A stretch of DNA of 32,568 nt from Prevotellaceae bacterium (GTDB lineage Bacteria > Bacteroidota > Bacteroidia > Bacteroidales > UBA932), in assembly GCA_031264875.1 (NCBI GenBank), contig JAISDK010000117.1, forward strand, positions 1-32,568. The letters are read 5' to 3'. The translations under genes were made by a program, and so were the position numbers. Of this stretch, positions 1 through 9,699 are shown one piece after another. Position 1 is the first letter of the stretch. Each line of letters starts with the position of its first letter. Below the pieces are notes generated by a model, which was not told the origin of the DNA, searched no databases, and saw only the letters and a program-made list of their open reading frames with translations.

Positions 1-430
1 AAAGCAAGGCTCTGCCTTGCAAAGCCCAAAACAGATAGCAAATTGTTCATGCAGTACGCCTCCTATTATACTGCGCGCAGTTCAAAAGTGTGAGATAGGA
101 AAAGTGTATTTCACACAGTCGAACAAACTGTCGTCGTCCGTCATTGCGAGGGCGTAGCCCGAAGCTTCGCTCGCAATGACGAGCGGCGATGTGATTACAT
201 CTCACAAAACCATCCCGTACGCAGTATAAATGTTTTGTATTCGGCGCTCATTTTATTTTCTTTATTCTGTTTCTGAATTTTGTATTTTACAAGGCTAGAG
301 CCTTGCTTTTAACACGACGTAGTCTGGAGACTACGCCGAGCGAGGGACTTAGGACTTATAAGCAATAGCATGGCTTAAATTGACGACATTGGGCGTTGCC
401 ACTACGCTATTGATTACGCTCTTTCAGAGC
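1..430. repeat. Partial copy, cut by the window edge, of a hairpin-rich composite repeat element. A second copy lies at 4878-5305.
   Basis: 1-26 matches 5034-5059. 227-344 matches 5122-5230 with one 7-nt indel. 372-430 matches 5255-5305. Imperfect nested inverted repeats (67-96 vs 199-228) surround a 12-bp-stem palindrome at 139-181. Confidence 0.7.
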
Positions 431-519
431 TGCACGCATCTTCGTTTAAACATTTACATGTTATTTATTTCGCATCCCATAACATTAATTTTTCGTGAGT
501 ACTTATCTGTACATTAACA

Positions 520-1848
520 TTACTTTCTGTTTCGTTTCATTTTCAGAACTTCCGTCTTACTCAGACGAATATAGTCCAACAGGGGAATATTTGCAGGACA
601 GGAGTAAGCGCAGCTTCCACATTCGATACAATCATGAGCGCTGTTTTTTTCGGATTCTTCGAATATTTTACATTCTGCCAGTCTTTTCAGCAGATACGGT
701 TCCAGGTTCATTGGACAAACGGAAACACAGCGTGAACAGCGAATACATGCGGACGCTTTTCTGCGATGCGATTCACGGTCGGGCATAATCAGTATCGCCG
801 AAGTGCTTTTCTGGGTTGGAGCGCCAGGATTGCTTGCCGCTTTTCCCATCATTGGTCCGCCAAATATCACTTTACCTGTGTTTTCCGGCATACCCCCGAC
901 AAGTTCCAGAAGTTTGGAGACGGGAGTACCTACTCTGACAAGTAAATTTTTCTGGACGGACATGTTTTTACCCGTGACAGTTACAATATTATCAACCAAA
1001 GGCTTGTTTTTTTGAACTGCTTCATAGACCGAAAATGCAGTTCCTACATTATGAACTATTGCGCCCACGTCAATTGGCAAACCTCCCGATGGAACTTCCC
1101 TGTTTGTTACGGCTTTTATCAACTGCTTTTCCCCTCCCTGAGGATATTTTTTTCTGAGAGGCACAATCCTGATACCCTGATATTCGGAAGCTATGGAATT
1201 TAATTTCTCAATTGCTTTTGGCTTATTGACCTCGACGCCTATATATGCAATGGACACGCCTATTGCTTTCTTCAATATCCGGATACCGGTCATTAATTCC
1301 TCTGTATGTTCCAGCATTACCCTGTAGTCGGAGGTTAGGTACGGTTCACATTCGGCGGCATTTATTATAAGATATTCTGCTGTTTTGCCCGGAGGCGCCG
1401 ACAGTTTTACATGCGAAGGAAAAGCTGCTCCGCCAAGACCGACCAGCCCCGAATCCGCTATTTTTTTCAATATTTCTTCTGCCGACAGTTTTATATCTTT
1501 CACTATACTGTCCGAACGGTCAATGTCTTCCAGCCAGTCATCGTTTTCGACCCTTATTGCTATCGCCTCCTTTTTTATTCCAAGATGGTCGGCCACCAAA
1601 TCAATACCGGTAACTGTACCCGACACGGATGAGTGGATATTTGCCGAAACAAAGCCTGTTGCTTTTGCGATAAGCTGTCCGACCTTAACCCTGTCTCCCT
1701 TGGCTACAGCGGGTGATGCCGGCGAACCTATATGCTGTGAAAGAAATATCTGGACAATGCCTTCGGGAGCAACAGTTTCTATAGCCGATTCCGCGGATAT
1801 TTTATTGTCGGCGGGATGTATTCCTCCGTATTTAAATGTTTTAATCAT
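520..1848 (-). CDS. rnfC: Rnf electron transport complex subunit C (RnfC)
   Basis: 442-aa ORF. The N-terminus MIKTFKYGGIHP...SQHIG.P is typical of RnfC. Two ferredoxin-type 4Fe-4S motifs are present (CIRCSRCVSVCP, CIECGSCAYSCP). It lies directly downstream of rnfB. Confidence 0.9.
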   Translation of the reverse strand: MIKTFKYGGIHPADNKISAESAIETVAPEGIVQIFLSQHIGSPASPAVAKGDRVKVGQLIAKATGFVSANIHSSVSGTVTGIDLVADHLGIKKEAIAIRVENDDWLEDIDRSDSIVKDIKLSAEEILKKIADSGLVGLGGAAFPSHVKLSAPPGKTAEYLIINAAECEPYLTSDYRVMLEHTEELMTGIRILKKAIGVSIAYIGVEVNKPKAIEKLNSIASEYQGIRIVPLRKKYPQGGEKQLIKAVTNREVPSGGLPIDVGAIVHNVGTAFSVYEAVQKNKPLVDNIVTVTGKNMSVQKNLLVRVGTPVSKLLELVGGMPENTGKVIFGGPMMGKAASNPGAPTQKSTSAILIMPDRESHRRKASACIRCSRCVSVCPMNLEPYLLKRLAECKIFEESEKNSAHDCIECGSCAYSCPANIPLLDYIRLSKTEVLKMKRNRK

Positions 1849-1875
1849 CTTCCAAAATTCAAATATTTATAATAC

Positions 1876-2718
1876 TCACTCACTCTTAATCTCCTGTTTT
1901 CTTGGGGGAAAATTCAGTTCCATAATTGCGTTTGTAGAACATTCGGGCGCGCATTTGCGACACAGCCGGCACTTCCCGTAATCGATATAAGCCAGATTAT
2001 TGGCTATGGTTATCGCATCGAAAGCACAAACCTTCTGACACTTGGTACAGCCGGTACATGCTGTTCCGCACGATTTTTTTGCCACGCCTCCTTTTTCTTT
2101 ATTAGCGCAGGAAACATATATCCGCCGATTCTTCGGACCTTTTTTTCTCAATTCGATGATCAATTTCGGACAGGCCTTGACGCAGACGCCACATGCAGTA
2201 CATTTTTCGTCATCCACTTCGGGCAACAGCGTTTCGGGATTGATATGAATAGCGTCAAAGCTGCAGGAAACCGCACAGTCGCCCTGTCCCAAACACCCGA
2301 AGCTGCAACCCGTATCTCCCGAATAGGTTGCTGCCATCACGGCACAGGAGACAGCTCCGTCAAACAGATTTGTCCTCGGCCTCACTTCGCATGAACCGGC
2401 ACAGCGCACAACCGCAATCAAAGGGTCTTTTACTACAGCTGTTTTCCCCAGATGTTCTGCCGCCATAGTCATTACACCATTTCCTCCAACGGGACAGAGT
2501 AAGGCCGAAATATCATCGTTTTTGACTAATGCTTCTGCAAAAGCCCTGCATCCGGCATAGCCGCATCCTCCGCAGTTTGCGCCGGGAAGTATCTCTACGA
2601 CTTCGTCAATACGGGGGTCTTCGAATACTTTAAATTTCTGAGCGACAAAATACAGGATTACAGCCAGCAAAACTCCAAGGGAGCTTAAAACTACTACTGT
2701 GAAAATGATTGTATTCAT
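1876..2718 (-). CDS. rnfB: Rnf complex subunit B (RnfB), polyferredoxin-like Fe-S protein
   Basis: 280 aa with an N-terminal TM helix, a CGGCGYAGC motif and several CxxCxxCxxxCP clusters. It is positioned between rseC and rnfC. Confidence 0.88.
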   Translation of the reverse strand: MNTIIFTVVVLSSLGVLLAVILYFVAQKFKVFEDPRIDEVVEILPGANCGGCGYAGCRAFAEALVKNDDISALLCPVGGNGVMTMAAEHLGKTAVVKDPLIAVVRCAGSCEVRPRTNLFDGAVSCAVMAATYSGDTGCSFGCLGQGDCAVSCSFDAIHINPETLLPEVDDEKCTACGVCVKACPKLIIELRKKGPKNRRIYVSCANKEKGGVAKKSCGTACTGCTKCQKVCAFDAITIANNLAYIDYGKCRLCRKCAPECSTNAIMELNFPPRKQEIKSE

Positions 2719-2723
2719 TAATT

Positions 2724-3149
2724 TTAGTCTGCTTTTTCAATATAAAAATAAAATTGTTTTTTGAGTTTTTCACGTACCCGGTATATCACAAGATAGTATC
2801 CTGCAAGCGATACCAGTGAAATTATACCTGCATGAAATTCGCCTGTTCCCATTTCGAGCAGAAACAAAAGCATCACTGTGACGATAATTACCGGCATAAA
2901 ATAAGCCAGTAAAACCGCCTTCATTCCCATACTTACTTTCATCATTACATTAACTTTATCGCCACACTGTATGTTTTGACCTGCATTAGGTACGGAAATA
3001 ATCTTTTCCTTTCGTTCAAAAGCAGAGCACAACCCTTTGGCGCTGCATCCTGAACATGCTGATTCACTGATAATATTCACTGCAATACTTTCAGTTGTTA
3101 TTTCCGAGACAATCCCCGAACGACTTGTGCAAGAAACATTTCTATTCAT
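2724..3149 (-). CDS. rseC: RseC/MucC family SoxR-reducing-system protein
   Basis: Small protein with an N-terminal Cys motif (CSGCSAKGLC) and two C-terminal TM helices. This is the usual first gene of the Bacteroidota rnf cluster. I prefer the ATG at 3149 over the TTG at 3158. Confidence 0.7.
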   Translation of the reverse strand: MNRNVSCTSRSGIVSEITTESIAVNIISESACSGCSAKGLCSAFERKEKIISVPNAGQNIQCGDKVNVMMKVSMGMKAVLLAYFMPVIIVTVMLLFLLEMGTGEFHAGIISLVSLAGYYLVIYRVREKLKKQFYFYIEKAD

Positions 3150-3186
3150 TGTGACCAACCGGTTCTAAAAAACTGATTTCGTTGTG

Positions 3187-3194
3187 CAAAATTA
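3187..3194 (-). promoter_or_regulatory. Bacteroidota-type -7 box (TAatTTTG on the minus strand) upstream of rseC-rnfBC
   Basis: The plus strand reads caaaatta, which is TAATTTTG on the minus strand, about 38 nt upstream of the rseC ATG. Confidence 0.35.
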
Positions 3195-3225
3195 TACAGA
3201 ATTATTGAATGTACAAATACGACAA

Positions 3226-4617
3226 TTATTTACTCATTTCTTCCTCGACTTCTTCCTGCGTTATCGGTATGCGTCTTTTTCCCAGACGCCGGCATCCTTC
3301 ATCCGTTATAACAATATTGTCTTCCAGTCGAATACCTCCGAAATCAATATATTCCCCGACCTTTTGAAAATTGATAAACGAACTGTTTATTTTTTCCGAT
3401 TTCCATTTTGCTATCAGGGCAGGAATAAAATATATTCCGGGTTCTACGGTCAGGACAAAATTCTTTTTCAGTTTGCGTCCCAAACGCAGGTTAGCCGTTC
3501 CGAATTGTGATGAACGCTGTATCTCATCGTCGTAACCGACATATTTTTCACCGATATTCTCCATGTCATGCACATCGAGTCCCATCATATGTCCAAGTCC
3601 ATGAGGGAAAAACAGGGCGTGCGCACCGCACCGCACGGCGTCTTCTACATCTCCCTTCATCAAGCCTACACTTTTCAATCCTTCGGCAATGATTTTGGCA
3701 GCAGCAATATGCACATTGTAATAGAACTCTCCGGGTTTTGAAATTTCCTGGGCAAGATTGTTGGCTTCTAAAACAATGTTGTATATGTCCAATTGTCGTG
3801 CAGTAAATTTACCATCAACGGGAATTGTTCGTGTAAAATCGGATGCATAACCCATATATGTTTCTGCTCCCGCGTCGGTTACGAGCATTTTTCCTGAACG
3901 GAGGATATTGTTGTGATTATGGTTGTGCAATATTTCCGAATTTTGAGACTGTATGCTTGGAAACGACGGCATTCCGTTTGCAGCGCCGGCAACTCCCTCC
4001 ATTGCTCCTGTAATCTGGTATTCAAATATTCCGGGTTTGCACAGCCGCATTGCGAGGGTATGCATTTCGTACCCTGTATCGCAGGCTCTTTCGATTTCTT
4101 CTATTTCACAGGGTTCCTTTTCGGAACGAAGCTGTACTATAGCTTTAATCAGCACCTTGGACGAATAGTTGCCCAATTCTCCAATTCGTATGCCCAGCAG
4201 TTCCGACAGTATAATCTTGCTGTCGCCACGGTAAGGAGGAGTAAAATGTATCTTCCGTCCTTTCCTGATTGCAGATAACAATTTGATTCTTAAATCCCTG
4301 TACGGAGAAACGGAATTAATTCCCGCCTGAGCCGCAATCTGTTCCATGGACGGCAGGTTTCCTGTCCATATAATATCTTCGATATCAGGTTCATCAGCAT
4401 AAATACAGTCTGTTCCTTCTTCGACGTCGATTACGCCTGCCAGATGTGGCAAGTTAAGTCCGAAGAAGTACAGAAAATTGCTGTCCTGCCTGAACCGGTA
4501 TGTATTTCCGGCATAATTTACAGGGGATTCGGTATGCCCCAAAAACAATACTACTCCTGATGGAACCAGGTTTCTGAGAACGTTTCTTCTATTTATATAG
4601 ATATCTGTTTTAAACAT
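3226..4617 (-). CDS. Xaa-Pro aminopeptidase / aminopeptidase P family (peptidase M24B)
   Basis: 463 aa. The M24 pita-bread metal-ligand motifs are present (DAGAE..YASD, HGLGHMMGLDVHD, VLTVEPGIY, GGIRLED). Confidence 0.85.
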   Translation of the reverse strand: MFKTDIYINRRNVLRNLVPSGVVLFLGHTESPVNYAGNTYRFRQDSNFLYFFGLNLPHLAGVIDVEEGTDCIYADEPDIEDIIWTGNLPSMEQIAAQAGINSVSPYRDLRIKLLSAIRKGRKIHFTPPYRGDSKIILSELLGIRIGELGNYSSKVLIKAIVQLRSEKEPCEIEEIERACDTGYEMHTLAMRLCKPGIFEYQITGAMEGVAGAANGMPSFPSIQSQNSEILHNHNHNNILRSGKMLVTDAGAETYMGYASDFTRTIPVDGKFTARQLDIYNIVLEANNLAQEISKPGEFYYNVHIAAAKIIAEGLKSVGLMKGDVEDAVRCGAHALFFPHGLGHMMGLDVHDMENIGEKYVGYDDEIQRSSQFGTANLRLGRKLKKNFVLTVEPGIYFIPALIAKWKSEKINSSFINFQKVGEYIDFGGIRLEDNIVITDEGCRRLGKRRIPITQEEVEEEMSK

Positions 4618-4877
4618 AATACAAATTAAGATTATTTTTTTTTCTCAAAAATAGGACATTTTTCCGAATAACTCAAAAAAAACACATTCATCCGGTCACG
4701 ACAGTCATTTTTTTAATGCTTAACAGCTGACTGTAAGGTATAAACCAAACTGCCTTTTCCCGATTGGAAATAATCGTTTTTACCCGGCAAATCTGCAAAA
4801 AAACACTTTTTGTTGTCTTTTAGGGATGCAAAATGAACAAGATATAACAGTTTTTAAATGGATCACTATACAAAAAG

Positions 4878-5305
4878 CGCTGAAAGAGCGACATCATTTA
4901 GCACAGTGGCAACGCCCTGTATAGAAAATACCCTCGCTCGGCGTAGTCTCCAGACCAATGTCATCAAGTTAAGGATTGATGCTGTCGATTAAAGTCTTTC
5001 GCTCGGCGTAGTCTCCAGACTACGTCGTGTTAAAAGCAAGGCTCTGCCTTGCAAAGCCTCAAAAACCAACGTAGAGACGTGGCGCGCCACGTCTCTACTA
5101 TTCAGTCAGTACGCATCATGTTAAATGTTTTGTATTCGGCGCTCATTTTATTTTCTTTATTCTGTTTTTGAATTTTGCAAGGCTATAGCCTTGCTTTTAA
5201 CACGACGTAGTCTGGAGACTACGCCGAGCGAAAGACTTTAATCGACAGCATTAAGCCTTAAATTGACGACATTGGGTATGCTATTGATTATCGGACTTTC
5301 AGCCC
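4878..5305. repeat. Composite palindromic, hairpin-rich repeat element (MITE-like)
   Basis: Inverted arms of about 66 bp at 4978-5043 and 5187-5252 carry one mismatch. A perfect 28-bp palindrome sits at 5071-5098. The outer inverted pairs are 4955-4972 vs 5307-5323 and 4878-4918 vs the copy-1 segment 395-430. No ORF is present. Confidence 0.75.
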
Positions 5306-5753
5306 TTAACTTGATGACATTGGTCGCTGACTTGCGGTTATGAAAATAATAATCTAAAATTAAGTTATTAAGGGATGTAAAAGAAATAAAATGTAACAGT
5401 TTCAGGATACTGCGCATTTTGATAATTGTCCGTAGGACATTCATATCAATAGCAAACCGTTTACCTCCCGCCACAAGCCTTTTAAGGCTTGCACGCGATT
5501 GTAAATACCGGGATTGTTTTTTATGATCGGGTTATGAAGCGGTTATCCCGTTCAACTCCTAACGGAGTTGTGGTATATGTATTGCCATATTTCTATTGAT
5601 ATTCATCCCCTATGGGATTTGAAATGCAGAATTTTATCGTACACTGTTTGCTGGATATGCGGATATGTTGGGAAACTTCGTTCAGTCATTAAATCGGCGA
5701 CATTGAACATTTACATGTTATTTATTTCGCATCCATAAAGGTATTCCGCTACA

Positions 5754-6707
5754 TCAAATTATTCCTTCTCTAAGGATACTGTGAATATGAACCATACCTT
5801 TATATTCGTTATTTTGCAAGACAATCAGTTGAGTTATCGAGCGGCTTTCCATAAGGTTAAATGCATTGATAGCCAATTCGTCGTAATCTATAGTCGCCGG
5901 ATTTTTACTCATAATATCCTTTGCTTTCAAAAGAGTAAAATCCCGGCGTTTCTCCAACATTCGTCTTAAATCGCCGTCGGTTATAATTCCCTCGAGTTTG
6001 CCGTCGTCCAGGACAGCCGTAGCGCCCAGCATTTTAGACGATATTTCAATAATAACGTCCTCTAAACCGGTATCTTTTCCGACAGCAGGCTTTTCTTTGC
6101 CAATAACATCGGCCACTCTGAGATACAGTTTTTTACCTAACGAACCGCCAGGGTGAACCCTTGCAAAGTCTTCCGCAGAGAAACCCCTGAGTCTCAGCAG
6201 GCATATAGCCAAAGCATCTCCGATAACCAGATGTGCAGTAGTACTCGACGTAGGAGCCAGATTATTGGGACAAGCCTCTGCATCCACGTATGCTTTAAGC
6301 TTATAGTCAGCCTGTTCTTCAAGATAGGATTCCGGAGTAGATACTAATGATACAATTTTGTTGCCCATACTTCTAATTAAAGGGACAAGTACTTTTATTT
6401 CAGGCGTATTTCCACTTTTTGACAGACAAAGAACAATATCGTCGGGAGTTATGATACCCAAATCACCGTGAATAGCGTCAGCCGCATGCATGAAAATAGC
6501 ATGAGTTCCTGTCGAATTTAATGTAGCGACTATTTTCTGAGCAATAATAGCGCTTTTACCCACTCCCGTAGCAATCAGCCGTCCCTTACTTCTGAAAACC
6601 GCCTTGACCGTCCGCTCAAAATCATCATCGACCAGAGAAATCAGATTATCAATCACTTTTGCTTCCGTTCCGATTGTTTTAATCGCCCATTGTTTTATAT
6701 CATTCAT
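5754..6707 (-). CDS. KpsF/GutQ family sugar-phosphate (arabinose-5-phosphate) isomerase, SIS plus tandem CBS domains
   Basis: SIS motifs are present (GVGKSAIIAQK, SKSGNT), followed by a C-terminal CBS pair. I prefer the start at 6707 (MNDIKQW). The longer ORF to 6791 would contain the promoter-like box at 6732-6739. Confidence 0.85.
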   Translation of the reverse strand: MNDIKQWAIKTIGTEAKVIDNLISLVDDDFERTVKAVFRSKGRLIATGVGKSAIIAQKIVATLNSTGTHAIFMHAADAIHGDLGIITPDDIVLCLSKSGNTPEIKVLVPLIRSMGNKIVSLVSTPESYLEEQADYKLKAYVDAEACPNNLAPTSSTTAHLVIGDALAICLLRLRGFSAEDFARVHPGGSLGKKLYLRVADVIGKEKPAVGKDTGLEDVIIEISSKMLGATAVLDDGKLEGIITDGDLRRMLEKRRDFTLLKAKDIMSKNPATIDYDELAINAFNLMESRSITQLIVLQNNEYKGMVHIHSILREGII

Positions 6708-6731
6708 ATTCGTTATCCTTAAAAAATGGCG

Positions 6732-6739
6732 CAAAGATA
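6732..6739 (-). promoter_or_regulatory. Bacteroidota-type -7 box (TAtcTTTGcg on the minus strand) for the isomerase gene
   Basis: The plus strand reads caaagata preceded by gc, about 25 nt upstream of the ATG at 6707. Confidence 0.35.
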
Positions 6740-7082
6740 ACATGTATTTTCGTATTCGACATTCAAAAGCAACCGTTTTGAACAGATCCATTCGAAAATT
6801 AAATCGGTTTAGTGAATTTTATCATCTTATACCATTAAATTTTTATTAACATGAACAAAGCAAAACTAAATGCTATACAGGGATTTAATCCTATTACTAT
6901 AGCCAGTATTGAAATTCCGGCAAAAAAAGTCGTAAAATTCAAACCCGGTTCAGATTTGAGTGACATGGTAAAGTAAAACAAGCAATTAATTTTTGTTATG
7001 TTGTAAATGGGGCTGTTCATAAAAAACAGTCCCGTTTTTTTGATTCGTCGTATAAAAATATCGCTTTTCAAAAAAAAAAGAA

Positions 7083-7090
7083 TAACTTTG
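7083..7090 (+). promoter_or_regulatory. Candidate -7 box TAacTTTGcg upstream of clpC
   Basis: taactttgcg lies 75 nt upstream of the ATG at 7165. A second match, tatttttg, is at 7140-7147. Confidence 0.3.
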
Positions 7091-7164
7091 CGACGGTTAT
7101 TATAGCATGTTTTATAATTATACATGTAGATTAGCGTGTTATTTTTGAACATATTAGGGGAATT

Positions 7165-9690
7165 ATGGAATTAAAAAAATTATCGGCTGAAGTAAATGAA
7201 ATTATTCGTTACAGCAAGGAAGATACTGTCAGGTTGGGAAACAATGTTGTTACTCCTGACCATTTTTTTCTGGGCATAATCCGGCACAGGGATAATGATG
7301 CTTGTCGGTTGCTTATAGAATTGAATGTTGATATGGATGAATATAAATATTTAATAGAAAATCAATTACGTTCATCCGATCAGGATGCTCAAACTACAGA
7401 CGCAAGTGAGCTGGGGAATCTGTTTTTGACAAGAGCAGCAGATATAGTCCTAAGAAAAATGCAGCTGGAAGTACGATCCATGAAAGAAACGGAAATCAAG
7501 GCCATTCACATGCTCCTGTCGATATTAAGTGAAGGCACTTCGTTTGTTACCAGGCAGCTAAACAGGGATTCCATTACCTACGATTCAGTAAAGGGACGTT
7601 TGACCGGAGACAAAACATTCAATTTCAACGGCGATTACGATGAAGATGATGAAGACGACGAAGCTGCCAACAGTCAAAAGACATATACAACATCAAAAAA
7701 TACAGGAACATCGGCAATCGACAATTTCAGTACGGATTTGACCAAAATCGCTGCTGAAAACAAAATGGATCCCGTGGTAGGCAGGGAAAAAGAAATTGAG
7801 CGTATTACACAAATACTGAGTCGGCGCAAAAAAAACAATCCCGTCTTAATCGGCGACCCAGGAGTTGGCAAAACAGCAATTATCGAAGGTCTTGCCCTGA
7901 GAATTGTGAACAATCAGGTGCCTAAGGTTCTGCTGAACAAACGGCTTATTGCTCTGGATATTGCATCAATAGTTGCCGGAACGAAGTATCGCGGGCAGTT
8001 TGAAGAACGAATGAAAGCCATTCTGGCTGAACTTCAGAAACATTCTGAAATAATACTGTTTATTGATGAGCTTCATACGATTGTAGGCGCGGGAGGCGCT
8101 CCCGGTTCGCTTGATGCAGCCAATATGCTGAAACCCATTCTTGGGCGAGGCAATTTGCAATGCATCGGAACAACCACTCTCGACGAATACCGCGTACACA
8201 TCGAAAAAGACGCCGCCCTCGAAAGACGTTTCCAGAAAATATTGGTGAACCCCACTTCGGCAGGAGAAACACTGGAAATACTTGAGAACATAAAAAGTAA
8301 GTACGAAGAATATCATCACGTGACATATACTCCCGATGCAATAAAAGCATGTGTAACCCTCACTGAAAGATACATCTCGGACAGAATGTTTCCCGACAAA
8401 GCAATTGATGCCTTAGACGAAGCAGGCTCGAGAGTACATGTTATGGGTGTGGAAATTCCGGAAATAATACAGGAAATCGAACTTAAAATCAGAAAAATAT
8501 ACGATTCAAAACAAAGAGCTGTTGCGAACCAGGATTATGAAAAAGCTGCCGAATTGAGAAATACTGAAAAAAACCTGCGTCATGATTTGGAAAAAGCTCA
8601 GCAGGAATGGAAAAAAGAATCAAATGACAACCGTCAAACAGTTGAGGCAGACAAAATTGCCGAAGTTGTTGCCATGATGACCAATGTTCCCGTACAGCGC
8701 ATTGCCAAGAACGAAAGCGAGCGTCTTATCGAGATGCCCAACGCTTTGAAAGGAAAAATTATTGGCCAGGACGAGGCTGTCGAAAAAGTAGTTAAAGCCA
8801 TCCGTCGTAACAGGGCTGGACTTAAAGACCCGATGAAACCTATCGGCACATTTATCTTCCTCGGTCCGACCGGAGTGGGGAAAACTCAATTAGCCAAGAT
8901 ACTAAGCCAGTATATGTTCGATTCCGACGACAATATGATTCGTATTGACATGAGCGAATATATGGAGAAATTTACAGTCAGCAGGCTTATCGGCGCGCCT
9001 CCGGGGTATGTGGGATACGAAGAAGGCGGTCAACTGACTGAAAAAGTGAGACGCAGACCGTATTCCGTAATCCTTCTGGACGAAATAGAAAAAGCGCACC
9101 GCGATGTGTTCAATATTTTGCTACAGCTTTTGGACGAAGGACAATTGACTGACAGCCTGGGCAGAAAAATAGATTTCAAAAACACAATTGTGATAATGAC
9201 ATCAAATATCGGAAGCCGCGAAGTGAAAGAATTTGGTCAGGGAATCGGTTTCTCTACAGCCATAAATAACGAGGAAGCTATCAGAAACAATACCAAAGGT
9301 ATTATCGACAAGGCATTAAAACGCAATTTCGCACCCGAATTTCTGAACAGAATTGACGATTTGATAATATTCAATTCTCTAAGGCGCGAAGACATACTGA
9401 AAATCACTGACATTGAGCTTAACGCCCTGCTGGAACGATTATATGCGTCCGGATATAAAATCGACATATCGGAAAAAGTGAAACTGTTTGTCGCCGAACA
9501 GGGATATGATCCCCAATACGGGGCGAGACCTTTGAAACGAGCAATCCAGAAACATATAGAAGACAATTTGGCTGAGGCAATTATAAGAGACGAAGCTATT
9601 GCCGGCGATTCGTTCGAGATTAGACTTGACGAAGACAAAAAAAGTATCATCGTGAACACTGTTAAAGTGGCATCCCAAATAGAAATATAA
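7165..9690 (+). CDS. clpC: ATP-dependent Clp protease ATP-binding subunit, ClpC type
   Basis: 841 aa. It has a Clp_N repeat and two AAA+ modules (GDPGVGKT and GPTGVGKT Walker A; DELH and LLDEIEKAH Walker B). A UVR-like linker ([15 protein letters not shown]) sits between D1 and D2. Confidence 0.9.
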   Translation: MELKKLSAEVNEIIRYSKEDTVRLGNNVVTPDHFFLGIIRHRDNDACRLLIELNVDMDEYKYLIENQLRSSDQDAQTTDASELGNLFLTRAADIVLRKMQLEVRSMKETEIKAIHMLLSILSEGTSFVTRQLNRDSITYDSVKGRLTGDKTFNFNGDYDEDDEDDEAANSQKTYTTSKNTGTSAIDNFSTDLTKIAAENKMDPVVGREKEIERITQILSRRKKNNPVLIGDPGVGKTAIIEGLALRIVNNQVPKVLLNKRLIALDIASIVAGTKYRGQFEERMKAILAELQKHSEIILFIDELHTIVGAGGAPGSLDAANMLKPILGRGNLQCIGTTTLDEYRVHIEKDAALERRFQKILVNPTSAGETLEILENIKSKYEEYHHVTYTPDAIKACVTLTERYISDRMFPDKAIDALDEAGSRVHVMGVEIPEIIQEIELKIRKIYDSKQRAVANQDYEKAAELRNTEKNLRHDLEKAQQEWKKESNDNRQTVEADKIAEVVAMMTNVPVQRIAKNESERLIEMPNALKGKIIGQDEAVEKVVKAIRRNRAGLKDPMKPIGTFIFLGPTGVGKTQLAKILSQYMFDSDDNMIRIDMSEYMEKFTVSRLIGAPPGYVGYEEGGQLTEKVRRRPYSVILLDEIEKAHRDVFNILLQLLDEGQLTDSLGRKIDFKNTIVIMTSNIGSREVKEFGQGIGFSTAINNEEAIRNNTKGIIDKALKRNFAPEFLNRIDDLIIFNSLRREDILKITDIELNALLERLYASGYKIDISEKVKLFVAEQGYDPQYGARPLKRAIQKHIEDNLAEAIIRDEAIAGDSFEIRLDEDKKSIIVNTVKVASQIEI

Positions 9691-9699
9691 TCATTTGCT

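Noticed and set aside
5238-5474. A 78-aa minus-strand ORF lies in the 1.1-kb gap.
   Set aside because: It starts inside non-coding hairpin DNA and runs into the repeat element. It has no recognisable domain or start context, so it is likely spurious.
6708-6791. A longer N-terminus (28 extra codons) is possible for the KpsF/GutQ-like gene.
   Set aside because: The extension has no counterpart in the family as I know it. It would also contain the TAtcTTTGcg promoter-like box at 6732-6739.
6835-7152. A 105-aa minus-strand ORF lies between the isomerase gene and clpC.
   Set aside because: The reading frame is AT-rich and low in complexity (runs of I, F, K, N). It lies in a divergent promoter region and overlaps candidate clpC promoter boxes.
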